DNA of 64,000 bases, taken from assembly GCA_010405405.1 (NCBI GenBank), contig MU004241.1, forward strand, positions 1,337,942 to 1,401,941, given 5' to 3'. Below the pieces are notes generated by a model, which was not told the origin of the DNA, did not search any database, and saw only the letters and a program-made list of their open reading frames with translations. The translations under genes were made by a program, and so were the position numbers. Position 1 is the stretch's first letter. The number at the start of each line of letters is the position of its first letter. This stretch comes from Microthyrium microscopicum (Eukaryota). This document shows, piece by piece, positions 40,684-53,967 of the stretch.

Positions 40684-42038
40684 TCAATTCTTCCAATCCC
40701 ACCGACGACCCAACCATTTTACAAGATACACCAGTGCCAGAAGTACTGGCACTTCGATCAAAGGTCCAACCGTCGAAGCAAGCGCTTGATCGCTGTCAGC
40801 ACCATAGGTCGCCACCGCTACCGCAATCGCAAGCTCGAAGTTGTTACTAGCAGCAGTGAAGCTCTGGGTAGTAGACAACCGGTATCCGAACCCAAGGCGT
40901 TTTGTGACGAGCAGGGTAAAGAAGAATATGACAGAGAAGTAGACGATCAAAGGCGCCGCTACTCGAACCACGGATACGATTTGGTGAACCACCCGGTGGC
41001 CTTGCGAAGCGAATAGGACGAGGATTGTGTAGAGAAGGCCAATAAGCGACCATGGAGCAGCCCATTTGAGGAAAACTCTATCGTACCATTCCGGACTGAC
41101 GAGTTTGCGGAGTGTGAATCGCGTTATGATGGCAACACCTAGTGGTATTCCAAGGAACACTGCAACGCTTGTTGCCACAACCGAATAGGATACAGCGACA
41201 GTCGACTCGGAGTGGCTGATGACTTTGATGAAGAGGACAGCTAGGGGGGCGTAGAGAACCATCTGTAGGATAGAGTTGATGGCAACGAGAATGGCACAGT
41301 ATTCGTTGTCGCCTCCGGCCAACCCTGTCCATATCAAGACCTTGTGCGTGGTTAGTGTATAAGGTCATATTATAGATTAGGACAAAACTTACCATGGCAA
41401 TGCAGCGGGCCAACCCAACCAAGATCAGTCCTTCACGAAGTTCACCTTTATCTGGTAAGAAAGCCCAGGATAGCCCAAGCTGTTGTCGTCAGCAGAGAAA
41501 GTAGAGCAGAGAAAGTAATCTTACCATCAACAATGGAGCAACGATCCAATTCATGACAATGCTGAACCCGATCTGTATCCAGATCTCTCGTTTGGCAAAG
41601 ACATGATGAAGGCTTTCGTACTTGACTTTACAAAGGATAGGATACATCATCACAAGCAGGCCGATAGCTATCACGAAATTAGCAAGTGTTCCAAGACTGG
41701 GGGAGTGGAGACATACCGATTGGAACGGACACCCTCACAAATTTTCCTTTATCCAGCGCAGGACCGACGTCGGACACAAAGTTTCCCAGCAAAACGCCAA
41801 TCACCATAGCGAGCAGAATCCAAACGGCGAGAAATCGGTCGAGCCATCCTAAACCCTTGAACACGGAGACTTTATCTTCCACTTTTGATTCACCAGCTTT
41901 CTCAGGATCGAGCGATGTTGAATGCTGAGTATCGTTCTGTAGAAGGTCGGATCTCGTGGCATCCAGAACTGGTGTTGACGGCAAAGATGTGGATACCGCT
42001 GGTGGAGGTGGATTTGCGAAGTCATCTTTTGCAGACAT
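40684..42038 (-). CDS. ACR3: Acr3-family arsenite efflux transporter; exons 42038-41717, 41667-41525, 41479-41393, 41340-40684
   Basis: Family motifs LDRFLAVWI, IAIGLLVMMYPIL, GLARCIAMVLIW (conserved Cys), ASNNFELAIAVA and GPLIEVPVL. Three canonical GT-AG introns give a continuous frame. Confidence 0.96.
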
Positions 42039-42511
42039 GATTTTTGGTTGCAATTGAACTTTTTTTTAGGGGTTGCTTCTCTCAATAAAAGGGAGTTCTT
42101 GATGAAAAAGACTGGTGAGCGGTTGTAGAATATTACTCTAGCGAGTGGATGGTTCGCGTTTTTGTACTGCGATTTCCCCAAGAGAACAGTATCGACTTTG
42201 CCAAGCAGAGCTGGACCAATCAAATCGTTTCTGTGACCGTTTACATTCAGCCCGAGATTCAATTCTGTTCCTCTCCGAATCCTTGCTAATCTAGAGCATG
42301 AAGCCACTCTGTGGCAAGTCTAGCTTGATGGTTTCAAGCATAATTCAATTCTGCACTTACATAGCCGTGCTTGGAAAAATCTAGGAAAATCCAGACATTG
42401 GCAGCTGCTCATTTCGTAGCTACCGGCCACGAGTAGACTTAACCTCAAGGACAGCATCGAGTTCTCCAGCATGGCTCTGTGATATGAAGGGGATGAATTA
42501 TGAAGGGACCT

Positions 42512-43275
42512 TTAAGGCATATCCATGATCTGAAATACTTTGGTGTTCTTTACAGTGCATTTCCTAGGACCATCGCAACCAAGCTCAACTCGCGCCTCCT
42601 CTTCGTTCCCATACCACCGCATCCCTGCTATTATGCTTGCCGCTACTTCGCACGATGTTTCGTGAGGGTCAATTTCATTTCCTGGTTGGATTGAATTGTC
42701 CTGATCATCGACTGAGAGGTTTATGTTTACGCTGGGAGACGTATCTTCCAACCTAACGTTCGCTTCGATCATTAACACCTCGATATCCTGCGAATCGTTC
42801 AGTTTCGAGACAGGTTCTCGATGCGGCGACGAAACCAGCGCGGTTGAAGGCGAGTTGACAGCAGAATCAAAAGTAGCATGACTGTCACTTTGCCGTGGGT
42901 CCGGGAGTGATGCAGACCCAGGGCTTTGAATCTCACGGCTTTGTACCGTAGAATCCATACACTGTTCGATATAATCATCAATTTCCTGCCTTGAAATGCC
43001 TTTCGCCGCCATGAGGCTTCGCAGTCTCTCATTTTCCCGCGCCACCCTGCAAGCAGCCTGTTGCAGTTCCAAACTGGCCTGAACTCCTCTCTGCTCATAT
43101 TCATGTATCCTTGTGCGCATATCCTCGATAAGCTCTTTCTGGCGCGCTCGCGAGCGACGTTGGTTTTCGCGGACTCGTATAGTTAGGGGAACACTGCCCT
43201 TCTAATAGTGACGTCGTTAGATAGTCATACATACAGAGAACATGGGATGGAACATAGACTCGCCTGTCTTGGCAT
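42512..43275 (-). CDS. bZIP transcription factor (~233 aa) with a C-terminal three-cysteine domain; exons 43275-43264, 43201-42512
   Basis: Basic region RVRENQRRSRARQKE followed by a heptad/coiled-coil segment (..VARENERLRSLM). C-terminus TSCEVAASII..LGCDGPRKCTVKN. The short first exon MPRQ joins in frame through a GCGAGT...CTAAC...TAG intron; exon 1 is less certain. Confidence 0.82.
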
Positions 43276-43539
43276 TGCGATGTATTCGGCAAACAGGAAA
43301 TGCGTTATTGCGCGATTTCATTCGGCGTAGGCAATTGTGTTATGTAAGTCGAAAAATCGGAGTCTACAGTAGCCTAAAGATTTCTGTCGCTTGGCGAGCT
43401 GACATAGAGTAGCCAATCAGATCTATGAAGTGACTAACCTTTTCCCGACCCGCATCATTTCGATGTGGATATCAAGCCTGGAGCAATCCTCCTCAAAAAC
43501 GAGGAATTATCAACTTGCTTTCGGTGCTCAGATCTTAAC

Positions 43540-44111
43540 ATGGCGGATTCAACAAAATCCAAAGCAGCGTGGTATGCCGCGTACCCAGTGGCGCGTACCC
43601 AAAACCCGGCGGCCATTGACAGAGCACAAGTTCTTCAACTTATCAAAGAATCGACAGGCGGTCCCCAAAGCTACGTGCTCGTTGATTTGAGACGAACTGA
43701 CCACGAGGCATCAGTCTCCTTCTCTCTCATTGCACCTTATGGAGCTAACGTTAAACCTAGGGGGGAACAATTCGAGGGTCCATAAATCTCCCAGCTCAAA
43801 GCCTATTCCCTTCTATCCCAACTTTATACGCCATATTCAAGGCTGCTGGTGTTGAAAAGGTGATCTGGTACTGCGGTATGATGTCAGGCTTGCCTATGCA
43901 TGCTGGGTACAACTAACAATAGCCAGGATCTTCAAAAGGCCGCGGAACCCGAGGCGCGGCATGGTTTGCGGATCATATTGAGAACGAGAAAGACGACCGT
44001 ATGCAAAGTTTGGTGTTGACTGAAGGGGTTAGAGGATGGGCTACCACTGGAGAAGAATACACGGCATTTATGGATGAATATGAGAAAAATGTTTGGGAGA
44101 AGAGCGAGTGA
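43540..44111 (+). CDS. ACR2: Cdc25/rhodanese-fold arsenate reductase (Acr2-like), paralogue a; exons 43540-43707, 43761-43875, 43927-44111
   Basis: LVDLRRTDHE|GGTIRGSINLPAQSL, active-site C(X)5R loop YCGSSKGRG and LTEGVRGW. Intron 1 donor is GC at 43708 or an in-frame GT at 43714. Confidence 0.88.
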
Positions 44112-44578
44112 AGAAGGCCACGTACCATATACAGAGGCAGTAGCTAAGTACCATAAGTTACATTGGAATCGAGAGACTGTTTCTTTACTTTTTACGACTG
44201 TAAGAAAATAAGAGGGTTTTTAAGTACGGACTCGCCCTACAATATCCCTTTGCACGCTGAAATCATTTCGCTCTCCCTCACCCTAGAACTCTCTTCTGCG
44301 CGTTGAACCTCATAACTGCTAAATTGACTTCCTCCTTGGCCTCTTGTATGGTCCCTGCAATTGCGTTCAGAAGATAAGGAGGTTGGCCGCCTCCTAACCG
44401 CGTCTCTACCGCTGGCCTTAAACTCAGATCAAGATTGATCAAGACCTGAAGGAACACCATTAAGAGGTGTTGCATGGTCCGATGACTTCGCCGATTCAAC
44501 CAAACCTTCACTACCAGTAAGCAATACTTGGAAGCTCTAGAACGATAACGTCGATGCAGAATTAAGCGACATGACATT

Positions 44579-44585
44579 TATATAA
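44579..44585 (+). promoter_or_regulatory. TATA-like element, likely the original arsH core promoter now displaced by the insertion
   Basis: TATATAA lies 32 bp left of the TIR; removing the insertion places it ~105 bp upstream of ATG 53968. Confidence 0.4.
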
Positions 44586-44616
44586 GCCAATCAAAACCAA
44601 GGAGTGACTACCTATC

Positions 44617-47600
44617 ATCCAGACATCCCCGCTAGGGGATGCCCGAAGAGAAGCTTTCGGACCCCCCCTTTTCGGGCCCCCCGTCCTGCAGGGGACCCAA
44701 CGCCTATTTTAAGCGCTCAATAGGAGTAATAGCGCCGCTACTAAATTTGTTAGTAAGCGCCATTTTGAGCCTAAGAAGAACGTATTTAATAGTAGAACTA
44801 GTAGAATTAGAGAGTAAGATCTTAACTAATTCTTAGCTAGTAAAGATTAATTTAAAGCTAAGATTTTAGTATTAAAGTTAATACTACTATATAAATAGAA
44901 ATAAAGAAAAAAAGTAATAGTAAAATTAAAGAAAAGAATAGATTTTAAAGTATTTATAATTCTTTACTATTTTTCTAGATTATTATAAAAAGAGTATAAT
45001 ATAATATTATATTCTTTTTTATTATATTTTAAATAATACTAATTAATCTAAGTTAGCTTATAATAGTCTATACTTACTTATTTTTACTTTTTAGCGTCTA
45101 GGCTCTATATAACTATAAACTCTAGTAAAATTAAAGTATTATTATTTATAATTTATAAATTATTAATAAAGATTAGCTTTATAGTATACTAAGTAGAAGT
45201 ACTAAAAACTTTATTATTATTAGTACTATTAAGATAGATTATTATAGATTATTAATAAACTAAAAGTAGTTAATAAAGTCTATTAAATTAATACTAATTC
45301 TATTATTTTAAAAAATAGTAAATATATATATATATAAGAAAATAAGTTAGTATACTAATAATAATAGCTATAGCTATAACTAGTAATATTAATATACTAT
45401 TTAGCTTTATAATAGTAACTATTCTTATTACTATAATAAGTAACTATAGCTATAACTTCTAGAGTATTTTTAAAAATATTAAAGTTAATAGTATATTTAG
45501 AAATATACTTATAAGTTATTAGGAACTAGAATACCTTTAGTTTAAAATAACTACTAATTATAAGGAATTCTTATAGGTTTAGTATTATAGTATTTAGATA
45601 CTAAGATCTAATTCTATAGATAACATCTTTTTATCTCGTTTAGAGTTAGTATATTTAAGAATATTCTAAGCTTCTACTTTTTTATATCTATAGCTATATC
45701 TCTAGATCTCTTCTCTTTATACTTAGATCCTATAATACTAGCTACTTTCTACTTACTTAATTATATTTATTAGCTTCTTATATAATCTAAGTACCTCTAC
45801 ACTAAATTTATACTCTATATATAAATTTACGTATTATTAATAAATATATAGAAGCGTTTATTAATTCTTATCTTAATTATAGTTATACTATAGATCTAAC
45901 TAATTAGTATTTAGTAATACTACCCTTAATTAGAATTAGCGTTACTAAAGGTACTAGTAAATTTATAAATACTAATTAGAGTAATATAAATTTAGTATTA
46001 TTTACTAGAATAAAAAACTACTTAGAGGTCTAAGCTTTGCTTTATAGTATTCTTCTTAGATTTATAGAGGCGTTTATACTATTTTTTTTTTATTAATTAT
46101 TAACACTTCTACTTTATTTCTTATTAAATCTATATTTATTAATTTATTAAATTAATTCTAATTTATTAAGAAATACTATATTATTTTAGCTACGTATTAC
46201 TATAAGTAAGGTATTATATATTCCTAGTCTTAAACTAGTATTAAGTAACTCTTATATTATTTATAAGTATAGCGACGTTAGTATTTAAAGCTACTTAGTT
46301 TTACTTTACTATAGTAGAGATAGTTACTTTACTAAGAAGCTAGTTATTCTAATAATTAGAACTAATTAATAATCTATTATAGCGTTAATTTTATAGTAAG
46401 AGAGTATCTTAGTAGTTAAATCTATTAAAAAGTTACTTTTATTACTTAAAGTAGCTTTAAATAATAAAAATAAGGAATTCCTTTATTAAAATACTTAAGT
46501 TAGTATTAATATCTAATAACCTTATAAGATTATTATTAGACTATTAACTATAGTACCTATTATACTAGTAAGCGTAATAAAAAAACTAGAACTAAAAAGT
46601 AAAAAAGTAATAACTTTTAGTACTATTATTAGTAGTTTACTAAATAAAAACGTATTAAAAGTAAGACTATCTATTAATATTTATTATTAGCTAGAATTAC
46701 TAGTATATAAAAAAGAACCTTATAATATTCTTATATTATTTCTATCTTACTTATCTTTAGAACCTATAAACCTTAATAGTAAAGTTACTTTATTTATAAG
46801 TTTAAAGCTTTTATTTATATAGGTATTATATAAAGTAAAACTAGAGGTAAGAAAATAGATACTAATAGTTTTCTAAGAGAATCTTAATAATTTTACTACT
46901 TTTTAGAAATTTTACGCTTTAATATTTAATAGTAAGTATCTAGATTAATATATTAAGTTTATAGAAGAAGATTAATTCTTTAAGTAACTATATATAGTAT
47001 TAGTAATTAATTAAACTATAATATTATATTACTAATTAGCTTAAAGACTTTAAGATTAGCTAGCTAGAAAACTTATAAATACTAATATAAAAGTAGGTTA
47101 TTTAGGTAAGTTAGTAGAAATACTATAAAAAGAAGTAGCTAATAATAGATCTTAAAGTATTTACTAACTAAGTCTAACGTAATTATAAAATAGTACTAAC
47201 TATAACTTATTTAAATAAATAAGTTACTTTTACTAAACTAGTAAAGAAACATAATACTAATTTATAATATTATAAGTTAGTTATTACTTTTTACTACTAA
47301 ATCTAAGAGCTAAAGAATAGACTTTAGACTAATTTAAATTAACTTTATATTAATTTAAAGAATTTAAAAAACAATATTTTCTTAGATTATTTTATACTAT
47401 AAGTAGTATATCTAATAATTTTATACTTATAGCTCTAAGCTTAAGAAATATATTATATTTTATTATTATTAGTAGTTAATAATAGCTTCCTAGTAATACT
47501 TATAAAGTTTAAAAAACTTAGTAATTTTAAATATAAACCTATATATTATAAATAATAGAAGAAGAAAATATTAAATATACTTTTTAATAAGAATATATAT

Positions 47601-50600
47601 CTTTATATTTTTACTAAAAAAAGAAAATTAAGTTTATTTAAATTTATTATACTAGCTTTACTTATAGTATTATAGTTATATATAAAGATTATAAGTTAAA
47701 AAATTCTTATTATACTATAGAAGAAATATAGATAGACTTAGATAGATATTATTACTCTAAGAACATTTTTAAAAATACTAAAGTATAATTAAAGTTCTTA
47801 AATACTAGAATAAAAGATATAAAAGGTCTTTAAGCTTTTATTAGCTACTTCTTAATAAATTTAATAAATATAAAACTATCTAAGCGTAAGAAGATTATTA
47901 AATTATAAGGTCTTATTAATTATAAATTTATAAATTTACTAGTAGACTAATATTTTAGTAGTTTTACTATATTTTATATATAATTTTATCTAGTTATATA
48001 CTAAATTAATTATAAGTCTATAGCTATAAATAATAACTCTTATAGCTATAGTAATAATTCGTCTACTAATAAAAAAGCTTAAAATAATAAAAAAAGTAAT
48101 ATTAACTATCTTATAGACGTCTTTAACGCTTTAAAAATAAATAAATATTATGTTTATTATAAATAAAAGGGTTACTACTATTTTAATAAAACTATACTAT
48201 ATAAAAATTAGAAATTCTTATTTAATAATAAGATTAAAGTCTTAGTTATATCTTTAGTAATAATATTTATAAAAGTTAAAAAAGAATAATAATTCTCTAT
48301 AAAAAATACTACTAAGAATAATAAATATTAGTCTTTAAACTAAATACTTTTTTACTAAGCTATAAGAAGAAGCTAAATAAGACTAAAGTATATAATAAAA
48401 AAAAGAAATATACCTTTAATACTAAAACTAAATATATAAAAGAGATATTTTATTAATATAATAAAAACTTCTACTAAAAGACTAAAAAAGCTAAAGAGAT
48501 ATTCTATTAAGTAAAGGAAAACTATAAGAATATTAAAGAAAAAGTATAAGAGAAGACTAAGAAGATTATAAACTACTTTTATTAGTATATTTAATACCTT
48601 AAATATAAGGATACTATTTATAAAGGATATATCTTACTAATATACTTATAAACTATTTATATCTTTCTAGCTTTTATTATACTAGTAGTATAGCCTTAGG
48701 ATATTAAAAAGAAAGATTCTATTATTAGATTATAATAAACTACTATTAGCTTAATATTTATACTATAGCGTTTAATTTACTTTAATACTAGTATTTTAAT
48801 TAATATTAGTAGTAGTATAATAAGAATTATTAATTCCTATTATCTTTAGTAATATAGTATTTCTACTTTTTAACTTATATATTTATACTTAGTAATACTT
48901 ACTAATAATAAGTTAATATTTATAATTAAAAAAGCTACTATTCTTAATTTATATATTAGCTATTATATTAAGTAAATTAGCTATTTTATTATAAAAGTAG
49001 TGTCTTATAATTTAATTCTAAAAGTACTTTAATTAGATTAGTATAAAGTTAATCTATATAAAGAATTAAGAATATTAATTTTCTATAGTATAAGATATAT
49101 TATAAATTATATTATTTTATAACGCTTAATTACTATAAATCTAAAAGATTAATTTATAAATCTAGAATTATCTAAAGATATAAATATTACTTTTATATCT
49201 ATAGTAGTATTTAAAAAACTTATAAAGCGTAAAGATACTATATTTAATATATTTTAGCTTAAAAGATTTTAATAATAAAAAGAAAAAAAAGCCTCTTAAT
49301 AATACGAATAATAATAATAAGTTTACTATAAATCTTATAATATACGCTATATTAAAAAAGAATTATCTTAAATAGTAGGATAAGTAAGACTACTTTTACG
49401 TATTAAAAGAAGAGATTTTAAAACTTATTTTAAAGTACTTTTACTAATATTTTAAAGTCTTTAATCTAAAACGTTTAAATATCTTAGCTTTATACTATAA
49501 TAAATATAACTACGCTATTAATTTTATTTCTAATATTAAAATTCTAAAATACTAACTTATATTAATATTATTAAAGTAAGTACTAGTTATTAAATAATAT
49601 ATTAAAAGTTTACTTTAGTAAGATTTTACTATAGGTTCTAAATCTTAATATACTATACTTATATTCTATATAAGTAAACTAGAAAAAGGTATCTATATCT
49701 ATATTAATTATTATAAATTAAATAATATTATTATTAAAAATAGTAATATCTTACTACTTATTAGTAAAACGCTTATATACTTTATAAAAGCTAAATACTA
49801 CTCTAAGTTTAACGTTATTATTACTTTTAAATATATTTATATTAAATTTAATAATAAATATAAAATAGTATTCTTAATACGCTATAGCTTATTTAAATTT
49901 AAAATACTACTTTTTAGCTTTATAAAGAAACTAAGAATATTTTAAGTATATATTAATTATATACTAATATAGTTTTTAAATAATTTTATATATATTTACT
50001 TAGATAATATTCTAGTATTTAGTAAAATACTAAAAGAATATAACGCTTATATATACTTAATACTAAACGTTTTAAAAGCTATAGGCTTATTTCTTAATAT
50101 TAAGAAGTTAAAGTTTACTATTTAAAAGGTAAAATATTTTAGTCTAATTATTACTATAGAAGGTATTAAGATAGGCTTCTTAAAGGTTAATACTATAGTT
50201 AATTAAGAATAACTAAGTTATTTTAAAAATATATAAATATTTCTTAAATTTACTAACCTCTACTAATAGTTTATTTTTAATTACTTTACTATAATAGTAC
50301 TATTAATAAATCTTACTTAAAAGAATACTCTAGCTATATTCCTTTAGAACTCTAATAGGCTTAAGGAATAAGTTTTTAAAAAGCTAAAAGTAGACTTTAC
50401 TAATATACTAATTCTATAATACTTTAATTATATTAAAGAAACTTAGATAGAGATAAATATATTAAATTAAGCTTATACTATAGTATTATTATAAAAAGAT
50501 ATAAATAGTAATTTAAGATTAGTTACCTTCTTCTCTAAGAAGATATTACTAGTAGATTATAATTATAATATTTATAATAAAGAACTACTTATTATTATTT

Positions 50601-53600
50601 ATATATTTAAGAAGTAGAAACTTAAATTATTTAGTACTAAAGATATTATAAAGATATTTTTAAATTCTTAAAACATTTAAATTTTAATAAAAATCAAAAA
50701 TCTTATATATTATTAAATATACTAAGCTAAATTCCTATTATAATTCTACTTTTTAATTAAATACTACCCTAGTAAAGATAATACTAAAGTTAATACTTTA
50801 ACTTAAAGATTATAGAATATACTTTAAAGTAATAAAAACTTATAAGTTAAATAATAATATTAACTACTTTTATTCTTATATTAATTTAGTACTAAATAAG
50901 TTATTAAGTTAGCTATAATTCTTATTAATCTAATTACTTTATCTTTTATATAAATAACTATACTTACGTTTAATAAGCTAAATATTACTATAGTAGGGAA
51001 GTCTAATTTAGAACTTATTATAGAAAGCTTTTAGAATAGAGCTTTAGCTAATTTAAATAATTTACTACTAGTTAATACTAAATCCTTAGATTTTAATCTA
51101 GAATAGTTTATATAAAAAGTAATAAAAATAAGTAAGAAAAATAAGTTACTAATTACGATTTAACTAGTAAAGGTATAGAAAAACTACTTTTTATCTTTTA
51201 AAGTACTAAATTAAGATTAAATTAAATTAATAAATTATAAGACTCTACTAAATAGTACTATTCTTTATTAATAAAAGTTATTTATATTAATAATATATTT
51301 ATAAAATAAAGTAATAAAATAAGTATATTAATATAAAATTATAGGCTATAGAGGAACTATAATAATATATTACTACTTTTAATAAAATTATTAGTAGCTA
51401 AGAATATTAAAATACGTTAAAAAGTACATTAAAAGCTACTATTATATCTTTATAAGATTAATATACTAAAAGAAGTAAGGCTTTCTTTACTTATTTTCTT
51501 TATAAACTAAGTATAATCTAATATCTTAATAAATTTTACTATTTTATTATTACGTTATACTTATTAAAGTATAGTTTATTAGTATATTATAGTTATTATT
51601 AATTATTTAATATAATTATAGTAATTTATTACTCTTCTAAGTCTTTTAATAGAAATAATAGTTATAGCTTTTATTAATTAAGTATAAAAGCTATATAGAT
51701 AGTCTAACTCTATTCTTTTAGATTAAGAAACTTAATTTATATTTACTTTTTAGAATTACTTATATAAACGTATAGGCGCTATACTAAAATTAAGTATAAT
51801 ATAGTACCTAGAATCTAATAGTATTACTAAAATATTTATTACTATATAAAAATAATATTTTAGATCCTTTATTAATTAAGATTAGAATAACTAAGTTATA
51901 TTATTACTATTTACTAAGTTTATAGTAAATTCTATAATAGATACTATTATTACTTTTATATCTTTTAAAGTATAAAATAGTTTTCTACTAAAATTAAAAC
52001 TTAAATCTACTTACTATTTACTATTTAAAGCGTTTTACGCTTTTATTATAGTATATAAAGAAGTTATTACTATTAATTAAATATAAAATAGTTAAGAAAA
52101 GCTTTATAAGTTTTTAAAGAAGTAATTAGTATAAGTTTAAACTTAATAAAAACTCTATACTAATAAGTATTAATATTTAGTATTAAATCTTTATCTTAAA
52201 AATTAAGTATAACTTAATATTTAAAATTATAATATAACTTATTTTTTTAAAATACTTAATAATAAAAGCGCTAGTCTTTTTAAAGTATTACGTAAAATTA
52301 ATAAAATAACCTATAAATTAGATTTTTCTAAATTAATAAAGATATACTTAGTATTTTATACCTAGCTACTATATTTAATTAATAATAATATATACCTATT
52401 ATAAGAATTAAACTTTCTCTTAATAATTATTAATAAAAAAGAAAGTAAAGAAAAATAGCTTATTAATACTATTATTAATAGTAAATAGAATAATAAAAAT
52501 AAAAATAAAGTACTTAAATATAAGATTAAATAGATAAGATTTTATAATAAAACTTAATAGCTCTAAAAAGATATTATTAATATACTTAATACTATATTAG
52601 AATTCTATAAGCTTTATTCTTAAAAGCTTAGTCTATACTTTTCTTAGTTCTTACTAATAAATAAAGTTAAAGAAGAAGATTATAATACTAATAGACTACT
52701 TATAGATTAGAATTATATAATATAAAAATTACTAATAGTATTATACTTTTAGTTTAGTTTTTAATTTATATTACTAAAAGGATTATAGAATACTATAAAC
52801 TAGCTTAAATAGATATTTTCTTCTTTATTAAATAAATTTAGATAGTACTAAAGTAAGTAAATAGTATATTATTATATTCTTTAGTAATAATATATATATA
52901 GAAGTTTTATATATATACAGACTAGCTTAGCCTAGCCTAGACTAGCTTAAACTAAACTAGAATAAATTAGATTAGAATATAGCTTATAAGGTCTATTTTA
53001 GAAGAAGAGAGTTATATAAGGAATCCTTATAGGTTTAGTATTCTAGTATTTAGATACTAAGATTTAATCCTATAAATAAAATCTCTTTATCTTATTTAGA
53101 GTTAGTATATCTAAGAATATCCTAAGTTCCTACTTTTTTATATTTATAGCTATATCTCTAGATCTCTTCTCTTTATACTTAGATTCTATAATACTAGCTA
53201 CTTTCTACTTATTTAATTATACCTATTAGCTCCTTATACTAATAGAATACATCTATATAGAATAAAGCGTTATTAGTTAAGCTAACTAATAATAACTTAT
53301 TATAAATATAGATAGTATAGTAGAGTCTTTACAGCTCTAGATAATAAAAAAGAAAGATTATAAAAGTCTAAGTAACTTTCTAGTAATTATTCTTATTTCT
53401 ATTTTTATATATCTACTTAAACTATAATAATTATAGTATTTATCTACTTAGAATAACTTATTTCTAATATAAGTAGCTTTTAAGTAAATTTTTCCTTAAG
53501 CTATAAAATATTATATTAAATTTTCTTATTTTTAAAATAACTTTAAAATCTTTAGATTTATAGCTTATAGCTATTCTATACGCTTCTTTATAACTAAAAA

Positions 53601-53897
53601 CTAGACGTAAATAAGTAGTTTAATAAAATACTTATAGTACGCTTTCTTTATTACTAAGTTAGTAATCTTACTAAAATTAGATATAGTATAACTATATAAT
53701 TATTATTAAATTCCTACCTAAAATAAATTATTTTCCTACTCTTTTTTTTTTTTTTCCTACTCCTCTTACTAGAATTAGTAGCTTTCCTTACTATTTTAGT
53801 TTAATAATATTACTAGTAAACGCCACTAAAATAAAGCTGGCGAGGTGGCCGGTTGGCGAGATAAACGGTGGGCATCCCCTAGCGGGGATGTCTGGAT
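44617..53897. mobile_element. Non-autonomous DNA element (family D, ~1.6 kb of own sequence) with perfect 28-bp terminal inverted repeats and nested Gypsy A copy 2
   Basis: atccagacatccccgctaggggatgccc (44617-44644) is the exact reverse complement of gggcatcccctagcggggatgtctggat (53870-53897). Interior is RIPed and matches 29470-29737. Confidence 0.85.
45559..53238 (+). mobile_element. Ty3/Gypsy family A copy 2, full length (7680 bp), RIP-degraded; 224-bp LTRs at 45559-45782 and 53015-53238
   Basis: Direct LTRs; TSD ctaat (45554-45558 / 53239-53243); purine tract agaagaagagag before the 3' LTR. De-RIPed ICxDYRKLN (~49697), YLDDILV (~49998), ETDASDW (~50450), chromodomain-like segment ~52450-52620. 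Confidence 0.92.
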
Positions 53898-53967
53898 CAA
53901 GGCATGGGTATCCGTTACATCCCATTCGTTATATGTCGAACTTGTCGTCGCACACAGTTCACAGGCA

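Noticed and set aside
44278..44577. 99-aa minus-strand ORF between ACR2a and the TIR
   Set aside because: No recognisable motif or splice structure; it occupies the probable arsH upstream region. A gene remnant cannot be excluded.
44639..44836. 65-aa ORF starting inside the left TIR
   Set aside because: Runs from the TIR into RIPed sequence; chance ORF.
53845..53967. GTG-started N-terminal extension of the arsH ORF
   Set aside because: Begins inside the transposon end and crosses the TIR; the first ATG is at 53968.
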